A DNA stretch of 37,208 nt, taken from assembly GCA_044346905.1 (NCBI GenBank), contig JBIIYH010000003.1, positions 1 to 37,208 on the forward strand. The letters run 5' to 3'. The notes below the pieces were generated by a model that was given only the letters and a program-made list of their open reading frames with translations, did no database searches and was not told the origin of the DNA. Position 1 is the stretch's first letter. Each line of letters opens with the position of its first letter. A program made the position numbers and the translations under genes. This DNA comes from Pirellulales bacterium. Lineage in GTDB: Bacteria > Planctomycetota > Planctomycetia > Pirellulales > UBA1268. Positions 24,792 to 33,759 of this stretch are shown one piece after another.

Positions 24792-26051
24792 GTGGCCGAC
24801 ATCGTCTTTGCCTTCGACCCCGCGATCGACCGTCCCCTGGCCGTGCCGGAAGGGGCTCATCCTGCCGTGGCCGCCGCGGTCGGCAAGGCCGCGAACGATA
24901 CCTTCGCCGAGGCGGTTGCCGTGGCCCGCCGAGCCGAGGCCTCCGTACTCGTGATCTGCGGCCGCTGGCTTGACCCCCGTCGGGCCAGTCCCGCGCAGGC
25001 CGCCGCCATCCGCGCCGCAGTGATCGACCTGGCCGCGATCGGCTGCCGCACCGTGCACCTGGCCGAAGACGCCTCCGCCTGCCACGAGATGGCCCGGATG
25101 CTGGGCGAGCCGCAGGGACTATTCTTCGCCACGCCGCACGCCCCGCTGGAACTCGACATTCACGGCATCGCCGTGGAGTTCGTCGCGGCCCCCGACGCCG
25201 GCCACGTGCCGTCGATCGTCGATGATGTGGCCCGCACCTCGGCCTGGCGCCGGATCATCGTGGGCTGGGACTCGACCACGCCCACCGCGGCGATCGCCGA
25301 CACGGCCTGGCCGGGCGAGCATGACGCGGCCTCGGGTTTCGTGGCCGCGGCCGCGGCCTCGCCGGCCTGGACGCAGCCGGGCGGGTTTTGGATCTGGGCC
25401 TCCCGCCGTCGCCCCGCCCTGCCCGTCGGGATCCATCATCTGCCGCCGCTCCAGCCTCGCTCGCCGCTCGAGCGGGCCGAAGGCGCCTGCTGCACGCTCA
25501 CGCTCCTTGACCGGCAGGCCATCGGCGACTCCGTCGAGTACGCCACCCAGGCCGACTGGCGGAGCAGCTGGCGGGACATCCCCACGCAGCGGGTCGGCTG
25601 GCGGACGGTCACGATCGAGTCGGTGGCCGGCGCCGACGAGGAGCTCGCCACCGCGCTCTGGTCGGCGATCGAGCAGGTGGCCCCGGGCGAGCAGGCGCCG
25701 CTCGAGCTGGTGCGGTGCGTGGTGCAGTGCGGCACGAGCGTGAGCCGCCGCGTCCGCGTGGCGGAGATCGCCGCCGAGACGCTCGCGCGGCTCCGCGAGT
25801 TGTTCGACCCCAAGGCCTTCCGGGCCTGGCCGGTGGAGCTCGTGGCCGACCCGGCGGAATCACTGGCCCCGCTGGGGCATGCCCGCTCTGGCGGCAAGCC
25901 GGGCACGACCACGTCGTTCACCTCGGCGCTGGCCGACATCGTCGAGGCGATCGAGCAGGCCCCAGGCGGGTCGCCATCGGGCCCATCGCTGCCCGTCGCC
26001 GCGGCCCGCCAGGCCGGCTGGGTCGCCCTGGAGCTGATCGAGTCCACCTGA
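24792..26051 (+). CDS. Degenerate Mre11/SbcD/YhaO-like metallophosphoesterase-fold protein, predicted catalytically inactive
   Basis: Position upstream of a YhaN-like ATPase, a typical length, and a spacing pattern matching YhaO (FDPAIDRPL...TF..AV..A......LVICGRWLD...A.I......L...G..TV; LQPRSPLE...GACCTL). The DxH, GD and GNHD metal ligands are absent. Confidence 0.6.
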   Translation: MADIVFAFDPAIDRPLAVPEGAHPAVAAAVGKAANDTFAEAVAVARRAEASVLVICGRWLDPRRASPAQAAAIRAAVIDLAAIGCRTVHLAEDASACHEMARMLGEPQGLFFATPHAPLELDIHGIAVEFVAAPDAGHVPSIVDDVARTSAWRRIIVGWDSTTPTAAIADTAWPGEHDAASGFVAAAAASPAWTQPGGFWIWASRRRPALPVGIHHLPPLQPRSPLERAEGACCTLTLLDRQAIGDSVEYATQADWRSSWRDIPTQRVGWRTVTIESVAGADEELATALWSAIEQVAPGEQAPLELVRCVVQCGTSVSRRVRVAEIAAETLARLRELFDPKAFRAWPVELVADPAESLAPLGHARSGGKPGTTTSFTSALADIVEAIEQAPGGSPSGPSLPVAAARQAGWVALELIEST

Positions 26052-26096
26052 ATCCCGGTCCCTGTCCTGGTTGTCGCCGCGCGGAGGCTTTGCCGC

Positions 26097-29000
26097 ATGT
26101 TCATCGAACGCATCGACGTGGAGAAGTTCGGGGCCCTCGACCGGGTCGTGGTCGACCGGCTCGGCCCCGGTGTGCAGGTGCTCCACGGCACCAACGAGAC
26201 CGGCAAGACGACGCTCCTGGAGTTCGTGCGGGCGATCTTCTTCGGCTTCGAGGGGAACTTTCGCCGCGGCGTGCTCGACCCGCGGGTGGCCTGCGCCGGC
26301 CGGCTCTTCGTTCGCGTGCCGCCGGAGCGGACGCTCCTGGCGATCGAGCGGCGGCACGAGGGGCCGCACCTCGCCGGGCTCTCGCAGGAAGCCTATGCCG
26401 ACGACGTGATCGGCCTCGGCGGCGACGAGGGCGACCTGATCGCGATCGACGACGTCGATCCCCGGCATGCCGACGCGGCCGGCCCGCGGCACCGCTACTA
26501 CCTCCAGGACGTGGTCGGCGGGATCGACGAGACCACCTTCACCAATGTGATGGCCTTCGGGCTCGACGAGCTCCACGAACTGCGGACGCTCGAGCCCGAG
26601 GGCTGCGGCAGCCGTCTCTACGAACTGGCCAGCGGCCTCGACCGCTCGCACGTGGCCCGCGTGCTCACGCACCTGAAGACGGCGATCACCCGGCTCGACT
26701 CGACCGACCCAGACGTCTCGCCGCTGACGGCCCTCAAGGCCCGCCGCGCCGCGCTGCTGGAGCGGCTGGCCGGCTCGGCCGCGCCGGCGCTCGTGGCCGG
26801 CGGGCTGTGGAGCGAACTGGCCCACCTCGACGCCGAGATCGCCGGGCTGCTCGGCCGGATCGAGCGGGCCGAGAAGGCCGAGGGAGTGGTCCGGGGCGTG
26901 ATCGCCATCGAGCCGCTCTACGTCGCCTGGAAGCGGACGGCGGAGCGGCTCGCCGTGCTCGAAAGCGTTCCGCTGGTGCACGCCGACCGCGATGCCTGGC
27001 GGCTCGCCGCCCGCAGGCTCCGCAAGGCCGAGCGGCTGGCGAAGGGCCGGAAGAAGTTTCGGGCGAAGTACGCCCGCCAGCTCCGCGACCTGCCGCCGGA
27101 GTCGGTGGTGTGGTCGAAGCGGGCGGCGATCGCCGCGCTCGCCGACGAAGAGCCGCGGCTCGAGCGGCTGGCCGCCGACGTGGCCCGGGCCGAGAGCCAT
27201 GCCCGGCTGGCCGCCCGCCGGTTTGGCGAGCAGGTGGGCATCGCCGGACTGTCGCGGCTGGTGCCGGTGACGCTCTCGGCCGACGTCGATGTGGACACGC
27301 TGCCGGAAGTGCTCCTGCCCGAGGGCTTCGCCCTCTCCTTCAGCCCGCTCCGCAGCAGGGCCCGCGCCTGCAGCCGCGCCTCCCGCGACCTGGCCGCCGC
27401 CAAGAAGGAGCTCGCCGAGGCCAAGCGGTCGCTGGGCACCACCCGCGGCACCGTCTCCGGCGCCGAACGCGGCCTCGGAGGCGTCTCCGTGCAGGCTGCG
27501 ATCGACCAGGCGGCCGAGAAGGTGGCGTTTCTGCGGAAACGGATGACGGCCGGCGACCAGCTCGCCGAACTCGACCGCACCATCGAACGGCTGGGCCGCG
27601 ACCTCGCCGAGGGCCTCGACGCCCAGCTGATCCCGATCCCGCTGCTCGTGGCGCTCGGCGGGCTGTTCGTGATCGGCACCGGCATGCTGCTCTCTGGCTC
27701 GCTGTTGCCCCGGGAGGTGACCGGTTCGCTGGCCTACGCGATGGCGGCGCTCGGGGCGCTGGGCGCCGGCGTGGCCTCGGTGACCACCTGGTCGCTCGAC
27801 CGCAACGCCTCGGCCCGCCTCGAGGCGGCCCGCCGACAGCACGAGATGGCCAAGCAGCAGCGGGATGAGCTCGCCGCCCAGTGCGGCCTGCTCGACGGCC
27901 GCGTCGGCGTCGAGGCCACACTCGGCATCGACCGCCGGCTGGCCGCGGCCCAGGCCGAACTCGACCGGCTGGAGGAGCTCGCCAGCCGCGAGGGCTCAGT
28001 GCACCTCCTGGCCGACCGCGTCGCCCTCGCCGAGCTCGCTGTCAAGCAGGCCGCCGAGGAGCGGGCCACAACCCGGGCCCGGTGGCGCAAGGCACTCGAG
28101 CATCGCGGCCTGCCCACCAACCTCTCACCCCGCGAGGTGCGGCAGATCGCCGCCCACCGCCACACGCTCTTGACGCTCGACGACGATCGCCGCCGGCTCT
28201 CCGAGGAGGCCCGCCACAAGCGGGAGGAGCTGGCTGCCTCGGGCCGCCGGATCGACGAGCTGCTCGTGGAGTGCGAGCTCGTGCCGGAGTCCACGCCGCT
28301 GGAGCACCTGCGGCTGCTCAAGGAGCGGCTCGATGCCGACCGGGCGATCATCCGCCGTCGGGCCTCGCTGACTCGCCGGCTGGAGAATGCCCGCCGCCGC
28401 CATCGCCAATCGCTGCGACAGGCGAAGGTGGCCGAGCGGGCCGTGCGGGAGTTCTACGCCCGCTGGAGCGTGGCCGACGAAGCGGCTTTTCTGGCCAAGG
28501 TCGACAGGCGGCCCGAATACGAGCAGCTGCGGCTCGACGCCGAGGCGGCCGATCGCGACTGGCACGACGCCCGCCGCCGCACGACGGAGCCGGCGGAGCT
28601 CGACCAGTGGCTCGCCGATGCCGGTGCGGTGCCGCTCGAGAGCCGGCTGGCCGAAGCCTGCGAGCGGACGGCTCGCCATCGCGGGGCGCTCGCCGAAGCC
28701 CGCGACCGCCGGGCGGCCGCCGCCAAGCGGCTCGACGCCGCCGCGGCTGATCGCGGCAACGAATCGCTCCAGGCCGAGCTCGCGGCAGTCGAGCAGCTCG
28801 TGGCCGAACAGCAGGAGCGGCGCCGGGTGCTGGAGCGGGCCCGGATCGTGCTCGAGGAGACGCGGGCGGCCGTGGCCCGCGACCACCAGCCGCCGGTCCT
28901 GCGGGAGGCCTCGCGGTGGCTGGCCCGGCTCACCGAGGGCCGCTACCACTCGATCACCACCGCCGTGGACGAGGCCCGGCTCGAGATCCACGAGCGCGAT

Positions 29001-29543
29001 GGCCAGCTCTGGCGGCCCGAGCGGCTCAGCCGCGGCACGCGGGAGCAGGTCTTCCTGGCCCTGCGGCTGGCCCTTGTTCGCGATCTGGCCCGCCACGACG
29101 TGACGCTGCCGATCGTGATGGACGACGCGCTGGTCAACTTCGACGACACCCGGGCCACAGCCGCCGCCCGCACGATCGTAGAGTTCCTCGCCGAGCAGGG
29201 CTCAGACCGGCAGATGCTCGTGTTCACCTGCCACGCCCACGTGGCGACGATGTTCCATGAGGCCGGGGCGCATGTCCGCTCGCTGAGCGATCCCTCGATC
29301 ACCTGGGGCCGCCGGCCGGAGCCCGCGCGGCTGCCCGAGCCCGAGCCCAAACCGAAGCCCGCCCCCCGGCCCAAGCCCGCTCCCAAACCGGAGCCGCTGC
29401 CAGTGGTCGAGTTGCCGCCGCCTCCGGCCGGCGATCTCTGGCCCGCCGAAGCCTTCTTCTTCGGGCCACACGCTGCCGCCAAGCCGGTAGCCGCCCGCCG
29501 CACGAACCTGCCGGCCGCGAAGCCTCCCCGCCGCCGGCTCTAG
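26097..29543 (+). CDS. YhaN-like SMC/Rad50-type ABC ATPase with coiled coils and a central transmembrane hairpin
   Basis: MFIERIDVEKFG, Walker A GTNETGKTT, signature LSRGTREQ, Walker B/D-loop IVMDDALVNFD, H-switch FTCH. Two hydrophobic helices at about 27627-27800. Confidence 0.9.
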   Translation: MFIERIDVEKFGALDRVVVDRLGPGVQVLHGTNETGKTTLLEFVRAIFFGFEGNFRRGVLDPRVACAGRLFVRVPPERTLLAIERRHEGPHLAGLSQEAYADDVIGLGGDEGDLIAIDDVDPRHADAAGPRHRYYLQDVVGGIDETTFTNVMAFGLDELHELRTLEPEGCGSRLYELASGLDRSHVARVLTHLKTAITRLDSTDPDVSPLTALKARRAALLERLAGSAAPALVAGGLWSELAHLDAEIAGLLGRIERAEKAEGVVRGVIAIEPLYVAWKRTAERLAVLESVPLVHADRDAWRLAARRLRKAERLAKGRKKFRAKYARQLRDLPPESVVWSKRAAIAALADEEPRLERLAADVARAESHARLAARRFGEQVGIAGLSRLVPVTLSADVDVDTLPEVLLPEGFALSFSPLRSRARACSRASRDLAAAKKELAEAKRSLGTTRGTVSGAERGLGGVSVQAAIDQAAEKVAFLRKRMTAGDQLAELDRTIERLGRDLAEGLDAQLIPIPLLVALGGLFVIGTGMLLSGSLLPREVTGSLAYAMAALGALGAGVASVTTWSLDRNASARLEAARRQHEMAKQQRDELAAQCGLLDGRVGVEATLGIDRRLAAAQAELDRLEELASREGSVHLLADRVALAELAVKQAAEERATTRARWRKALEHRGLPTNLSPREVRQIAAHRHTLLTLDDDRRRLSEEARHKREELAASGRRIDELLVECELVPESTPLEHLRLLKERLDADRAIIRRRASLTRRLENARRRHRQSLRQAKVAERAVREFYARWSVADEAAFLAKVDRRPEYEQLRLDAEAADRDWHDARRRTTEPAELDQWLADAGAVPLESRLAEACERTARHRGALAEARDRRAAAAKRLDAAAADRGNESLQAELAAVEQLVAEQQERRRVLERARIVLEETRAAVARDHQPPVLREASRWLARLTEGRYHSITTAVDEARLEIHERDGQLWRPERLSRGTREQVFLALRLALVRDLARHDVTLPIVMDDALVNFDDTRATAAARTIVEFLAEQGSDRQMLVFTCHAHVATMFHEAGAHVRSLSDPSITWGRRPEPARLPEPEPKPKPAPRPKPAPKPEPLPVVELPPPPAGDLWPAEAFFFGPHAAAKPVAARRTNLPAAKPPRRRL

Positions 29544-29566
29544 CCGCGGCCTCCGCTGGCCTGGCG

Positions 29567-30043
29567 TCAGGCCCGCACGAGCACCTGCTGCACGTCGCGG
29601 AGATACCGCTGCCGCATGTTGCCCAGCAGCATGCCGAGATAGGCGTTGGCACCGAGCGAGAGAAAGAGCGCGATCAGGCTGCCGATCAGCCAGCCCCACG
29701 GCCGCTCCACCTCCGGCACCGCAGCCATGGTTGGAGCGCCGAGGTCGGCCGGACGGGCCGAGGCGACCGCCACGGGGGTGACCCGGCGAGGCCGCTTGGC
29801 GGCCTCGATCACCGACCGCTCGACGGCGGGCGGCCAGGCGTCGGCCACGTAGATCCGCACGCGGCGAACGTCTCGCGAGTCGGCCGGCACGTCGCTCGTG
29901 AACTGGTAGGGGCTGCCGCCCGCGACCAGATCGGGCTCCACCCGCACCAGATAGTCGCCGCCGCCGTCGTCGGTCGGGACGTAGGCAGCCTCGATTCCCG
30001 TGGCCAGCAGGGCCGCGAGCGCCATCACGCAATCCAGGATCAT
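29567..30043 (-). CDS. Small exported, C-terminally membrane-anchored hypothetical protein
   Basis: N-terminal hydrophobic segment, YVPTDDGGGDYLVRVEP, DVRRVRIYV, C-terminal TM WGWLIGSLIALFLSLGANAYLG followed by basic RQRY. Confidence 0.72.
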   Translation of the reverse strand: MILDCVMALAALLATGIEAAYVPTDDGGGDYLVRVEPDLVAGGSPYQFTSDVPADSRDVRRVRIYVADAWPPAVERSVIEAAKRPRRVTPVAVASARPADLGAPTMAAVPEVERPWGWLIGSLIALFLSLGANAYLGMLLGNMRQRYLRDVQQVLVRA

Positions 30044-30116
30044 CGTTCGTTCCCTTCAGGTATCGGCCGGGGCTCGGCGGCTCCGGCAGGCCAGATTTCA
30101 ACCTCCCCGGGCATGG

Positions 30117-31262
30117 TCATGCAACTCCGGCCGGCGGCAATTCCCCGCCGGAAGCCTCGCGGCGGCCCTTCGCCCCGGCCGGCCGCGGCCGGCCGGCGGG
30201 CCGCTCGAGGCTGTCGAGCTCGGCCGCCAGCATCGTCAGGGCGGCCTGGAGGAAGGCCACGGCGATCGGCCCCACGAAGATCCCGATCGGCCCCAGGGCC
30301 GTCACCCCGCCCAGCACGCTCAGGAGGGCCAGGAGCGGATGGAGCTTCGACTGCCCCTGGAGCACGAGCGGCTTGACGAGGTTGTCGATCGTGGAGACCA
30401 CGAGCGCCCCCCAGGCGGCCAGCCCCGCGGCCGTCCAGGTGTCGCGGACGAAGAACAGCAGATAGAGGCTCGCCGATCCCCAGACCGCCGCCGCCCCCAC
30501 GATCGGCACCATCGCCATGAAGAAGGTGAGCAGGGTCAGCAGGAAGACGTTGTCGAGCCCCGCCACGGCGTAGCCGATGCCACCCAGGATCGCCTGCACG
30601 ATCGCCGCCAGGAGCGTGGCACTGACCACGGCGCGGCTCACCTCCTCGAACTCCTGCAGCAGCTGCCACTGGTAGCGGACGTCGAGCGGCACCAGCCGCA
30701 TCACGGCCGCCAGCATCCGCGGGCCGTCGGCCAAGAAGTAGAAGAAGCCCACGATCGTCACCACCAGGCCGAGCAGCAGCTTGCCGATCACGGCCGGCGC
30801 CCGGGCGGCGATCGGACCGATGCCCTCCTCGACCACGGTCCGCAGCGACGCGTTCACGCCGTCGGCGGTCAGATGCAGGCCGGTGGCGTCGTTGACGGTC
30901 TTCACGAGGCCGTCGAGCACGGCCGGGTCGAGCCTCACCCCTTCGGGTCGTCGGGCCATCGCCACGGCATCGGCTCCGGCCCGCGCCACGAGCAGCCCCA
31001 CCGGCGCGAGCACGATCAGGAGCACGACGAGCGTGGTCAGCCCCGCCGCCGCCCACTCGGCCAGCCGGAACCGGTCCCGCAGCCAGCGATGGAGCGGCCC
31101 GAAGATCACCACCAGCATCGCCGCCAGCAACAGCGGCAACAGAAAACTCGCCATCACCCGCAGGCTGAGCAGGCCAAACAGCACCACGAGGCCGAGCAGC
31201 ACCGCAAATGACACCATCCGGGTCATGCGGGGCGGCTGCCGGTCTTCGGGCGGAGGCATCAT
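30117..31262 (-). CDS. AI-2E (PerM/TqsA) family transporter
   Basis: FLLPLLLAAML...PL, FFYFLADG, AIVQAILGGIGY, MVPIVG, IDNLVKP, LHPLL.LLSVLGG...GPIGIFVGP. Confidence 0.92.
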   Translation of the reverse strand: MMPPPEDRQPPRMTRMVSFAVLLGLVVLFGLLSLRVMASFLLPLLLAAMLVVIFGPLHRWLRDRFRLAEWAAAGLTTLVVLLIVLAPVGLLVARAGADAVAMARRPEGVRLDPAVLDGLVKTVNDATGLHLTADGVNASLRTVVEEGIGPIAARAPAVIGKLLLGLVVTIVGFFYFLADGPRMLAAVMRLVPLDVRYQWQLLQEFEEVSRAVVSATLLAAIVQAILGGIGYAVAGLDNVFLLTLLTFFMAMVPIVGAAAVWGSASLYLLFFVRDTWTAAGLAAWGALVVSTIDNLVKPLVLQGQSKLHPLLALLSVLGGVTALGPIGIFVGPIAVAFLQAALTMLAAELDSLERPAGRPRPAGAKGRREASGGELPPAGVA

Positions 31263-31426
31263 GGCTCCCAGTCTACGGTCGATGCGCGAGTCTGATGGTG
31301 TCCCCTGGGCATCCCCCGGGATCTCGCGGGATCATCCGTCTCAGGGCCGTGGCATGGCGGCCCCGCGGCGGCCCCGGGTATCCTTGGCCCCCGCTCGCGA
31401 TCGCTTCCCGCCCCGCCGTGCCCCTC

Positions 31427-33685
31427 ATGAACCAGCCCGATCTCTCGCTCGTGGTGCCGGTGCGGGACGAGGCAGGCAACATCGGGCCGCTCGTGGCCGA
31501 GATCCGCCAGCGGCTCGATGCGGCCGGGCTGACCTGGGAACTGGTGATCGTCGACGACGGCTCGAGCGACGGCTCCTGGGAGGAGATCGGGGCGACTGCC
31601 GGCGCGGATGCCCGCGTGACCGCGGTGCGACACGATACCGGGCAGGGCAAGTCGGCCGCCCTGATGACCGGCTTCGCCCGCACCCGGGGCCGGGCCGTGG
31701 CCATGCTTGACGGCGACGGTCAGGACGACCCCGCCGAGATCCCGCGGATGGCCGCGGCGCTCGGCGACGGGCCGGGGGGCGTTGCCCTCGTCAACGGCTG
31801 GAAGACGCCGCGGCTCGACCCCTGGCACAAGACGTTCCCCTCGCGGGTCTTCAATCTGCTGGTCGGCTGGGTGACCGGCCTCGCGTTGCACGACCACAAC
31901 TGCGGCCTCAAGGTGTTTCGCGGTGACGTCGCCCGGCGGCTGGCCCTTGGTCGCGACATGCACCGGTTCATCCCCGTGCTGGTCGCCCGCGACGGCCACC
32001 GGGTGGTCGAGACCCCCGTGCGGCACCGCCCCCGAATTCGCGGCCAGTCGAAGTATGGCGCGGGTCGCTTCGTCCGCGGGCTCGCCGACCTCGCCCGCGT
32101 GGCGGCGATTCTCGGCGACGGGTCCGGTGCGGGCCCGGCGCTCCAGGAAGAGTCGCGGGGGCGGCTGCGGCGGAGCGTGTACGGGATCCTGGCCGCCGTC
32201 GCCCTGGGGGGCTTGCTGGGCCGGATCGGCAGCGTGGCCAGCATCGATCGGCTCGCGCTCGAGAAGCGGCTGGCCGACGAGCATGTCGCCGCCAAGCTCG
32301 CCGCCGATCCTGCGACCGACGCGGCCGCCGAGCGGGAGCGGTTCATCCGGGCCAAGCGACTGGTGCGGCCCTTCCTCTCGGGCAACGACCGCAGCCGCTG
32401 GGCCACCGTCCGCGCGCTCGTCGAACGCCGCAGCTTCGCGATCGAAGAGATCGTGACCGAACCGGGCTGGGACACGATCGACGCCGTCGTCCATTCGGAC
32501 GCGGCAGGAACGCTCCATCTTTATTCCAGCAAGCCGCCGCTGCTGGCGGTGCTCCTGGCCGGTCCGTATTGGCTGCTCACGACGCTTACCGGCTGGACGC
32601 TTGGCGACCATCCCTTCGAGCTCGGTCGGGCGCTCTTGATGGTCGGCTCGCTGCTGCCGTTCGCGGTCTTCCTGGCTTTCACCCTCCGGCTGGTGGAGGC
32701 GATCGGCACGTCGGACCAGGGCCGGCTGTGGGCCGCGGCCCTGGTCACCTGCGGGACGCTGCTGACCACGTTCGGGATCGCGCTGACCAATCACCTGCCC
32801 GCGGCGGCCTGCACCGCCGCATCGGCCTGGTACCTCTATCGCGTCCGCTGCCAGGGGGCGCGGGGCTGGCGGCCGTTCGCCGCGGCCGGGCTGACAGCCG
32901 CCCTGGCCGTGGCGTTCGAACTGCCCGCTCTGGCCTGGCTGGGGGCGGTGCTCTTGATCCTGTTCCGCACCGACCCGCGGCGCACGCTCGCCTGGGCCGT
33001 GCCGCCGGCGGCGGGCGTCGCGGCCGTGGCGCTGGGCCTCAATGCGCTGGCTCATGGCACGCTCGCGCCGGCCTACGCGCACCGGTCCACTGCCTCCGCG
33101 GCCGAGGCGGTGATTCCGGCGCACGGCCAGCCGGGGCAGGTTGTCGGCGTCTGGAATCCCGCCAACTGGTACGACTATTCCGTCCGGCTGCCCAACGGCA
33201 AGCTGCTGACGAGCTACTGGCGTGACCCTCGGGGAGTCGACCGCGGAGAGCCTTCGCGGGCCGCCTACGCCTGGCACGTGCTCGCCGGCCATCACGGGAT
33301 CTTCTCGCTGACACCGGCCTGGCTGCTGGTCGTTCCCGGGCTCGCGTTGCTGGCAGCCCGACGGCGTCATGCTGGCGGCGAGGCCGAACTGGCGGCGGCG
33401 ATCGCGGTGGTTTCCGTGGTCGTGATCGGCTTCTACCTGGGCCGTCCGCAGCTCGACCGCAACTACGGCGGCATGACCAGCGGCTTCCGTTGGGCGTTCT
33501 GGCTGGCCCCGCTGTGGGCCGCGGCGACCGTGCCCGCGGCTGACGTCCTGGCCCGCAGCCGCGGCGGCCGCGGGCTGGGTCTGGTGCTCCTCGGGCTGTC
33601 GGTCGTGTCGGTGGCCTTCCCCGGATGGAACCCCTGGCAGTCTCCCTGGATCGAACGCTGGCTCGTGCACCTTCGCGGGGGCTGA
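31427..33685 (+). CDS. Fusion of a GT2 polyprenyl-phosphate glycosyltransferase (DPM1/ArnC-like) and a polytopic GT-C-like membrane domain
   Basis: N-terminus: VVPVRDEAGNI, VDDGSSDGS, GKSAAL, LDGDGQDDP, DHNCGLK, MHRFIP, GQSKYG. C-terminus: many TM helices, NDRSRW, YSSKPPLL, NYGG..SGFRW. One continuous frame, 752 aa. Confidence 0.85.
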   Translation: MNQPDLSLVVPVRDEAGNIGPLVAEIRQRLDAAGLTWELVIVDDGSSDGSWEEIGATAGADARVTAVRHDTGQGKSAALMTGFARTRGRAVAMLDGDGQDDPAEIPRMAAALGDGPGGVALVNGWKTPRLDPWHKTFPSRVFNLLVGWVTGLALHDHNCGLKVFRGDVARRLALGRDMHRFIPVLVARDGHRVVETPVRHRPRIRGQSKYGAGRFVRGLADLARVAAILGDGSGAGPALQEESRGRLRRSVYGILAAVALGGLLGRIGSVASIDRLALEKRLADEHVAAKLAADPATDAAAERERFIRAKRLVRPFLSGNDRSRWATVRALVERRSFAIEEIVTEPGWDTIDAVVHSDAAGTLHLYSSKPPLLAVLLAGPYWLLTTLTGWTLGDHPFELGRALLMVGSLLPFAVFLAFTLRLVEAIGTSDQGRLWAAALVTCGTLLTTFGIALTNHLPAAACTAASAWYLYRVRCQGARGWRPFAAAGLTAALAVAFELPALAWLGAVLLILFRTDPRRTLAWAVPPAAGVAAVALGLNALAHGTLAPAYAHRSTASAAEAVIPAHGQPGQVVGVWNPANWYDYSVRLPNGKLLTSYWRDPRGVDRGEPSRAAYAWHVLAGHHGIFSLTPAWLLVVPGLALLAARRRHAGGEAELAAAIAVVSVVVIGFYLGRPQLDRNYGGMTSGFRWAFWLAPLWAAATVPAADVLARSRGGRGLGLVLLGLSVVSVAFPGWNPWQSPWIERWLVHLRGG

Positions 33686-33759
33686 ACCGCCTGCCGATCG
33701 GAAGGCTCGTGGGCGAGCGGTTGACAGAGGCCCCCTCCTGGGGGCAGGCTACCCCGATC

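Noticed and set aside
24792-29543. Wadjet, Lamassu or another SMC-based defence system
   Set aside because: No kleisin/KITE, Toprim or effector gene. The architecture matches YhaO-YhaN, and the context looks like core chromosome rather than a defence island.
30117-31262. AI-2E transporter as the flippase for the divergent GT2-GT-C fusion
   Set aside because: Only adjacency supports it, and no lipid-linked sugar flippase activity is established for this family.
31259-33670. 803-aa minus-strand ORF, and similar antisense ORFs at 25860-27842 and 34289-36115
   Set aside because: Antisense shadows of well-supported genes, with no recognisable motifs.
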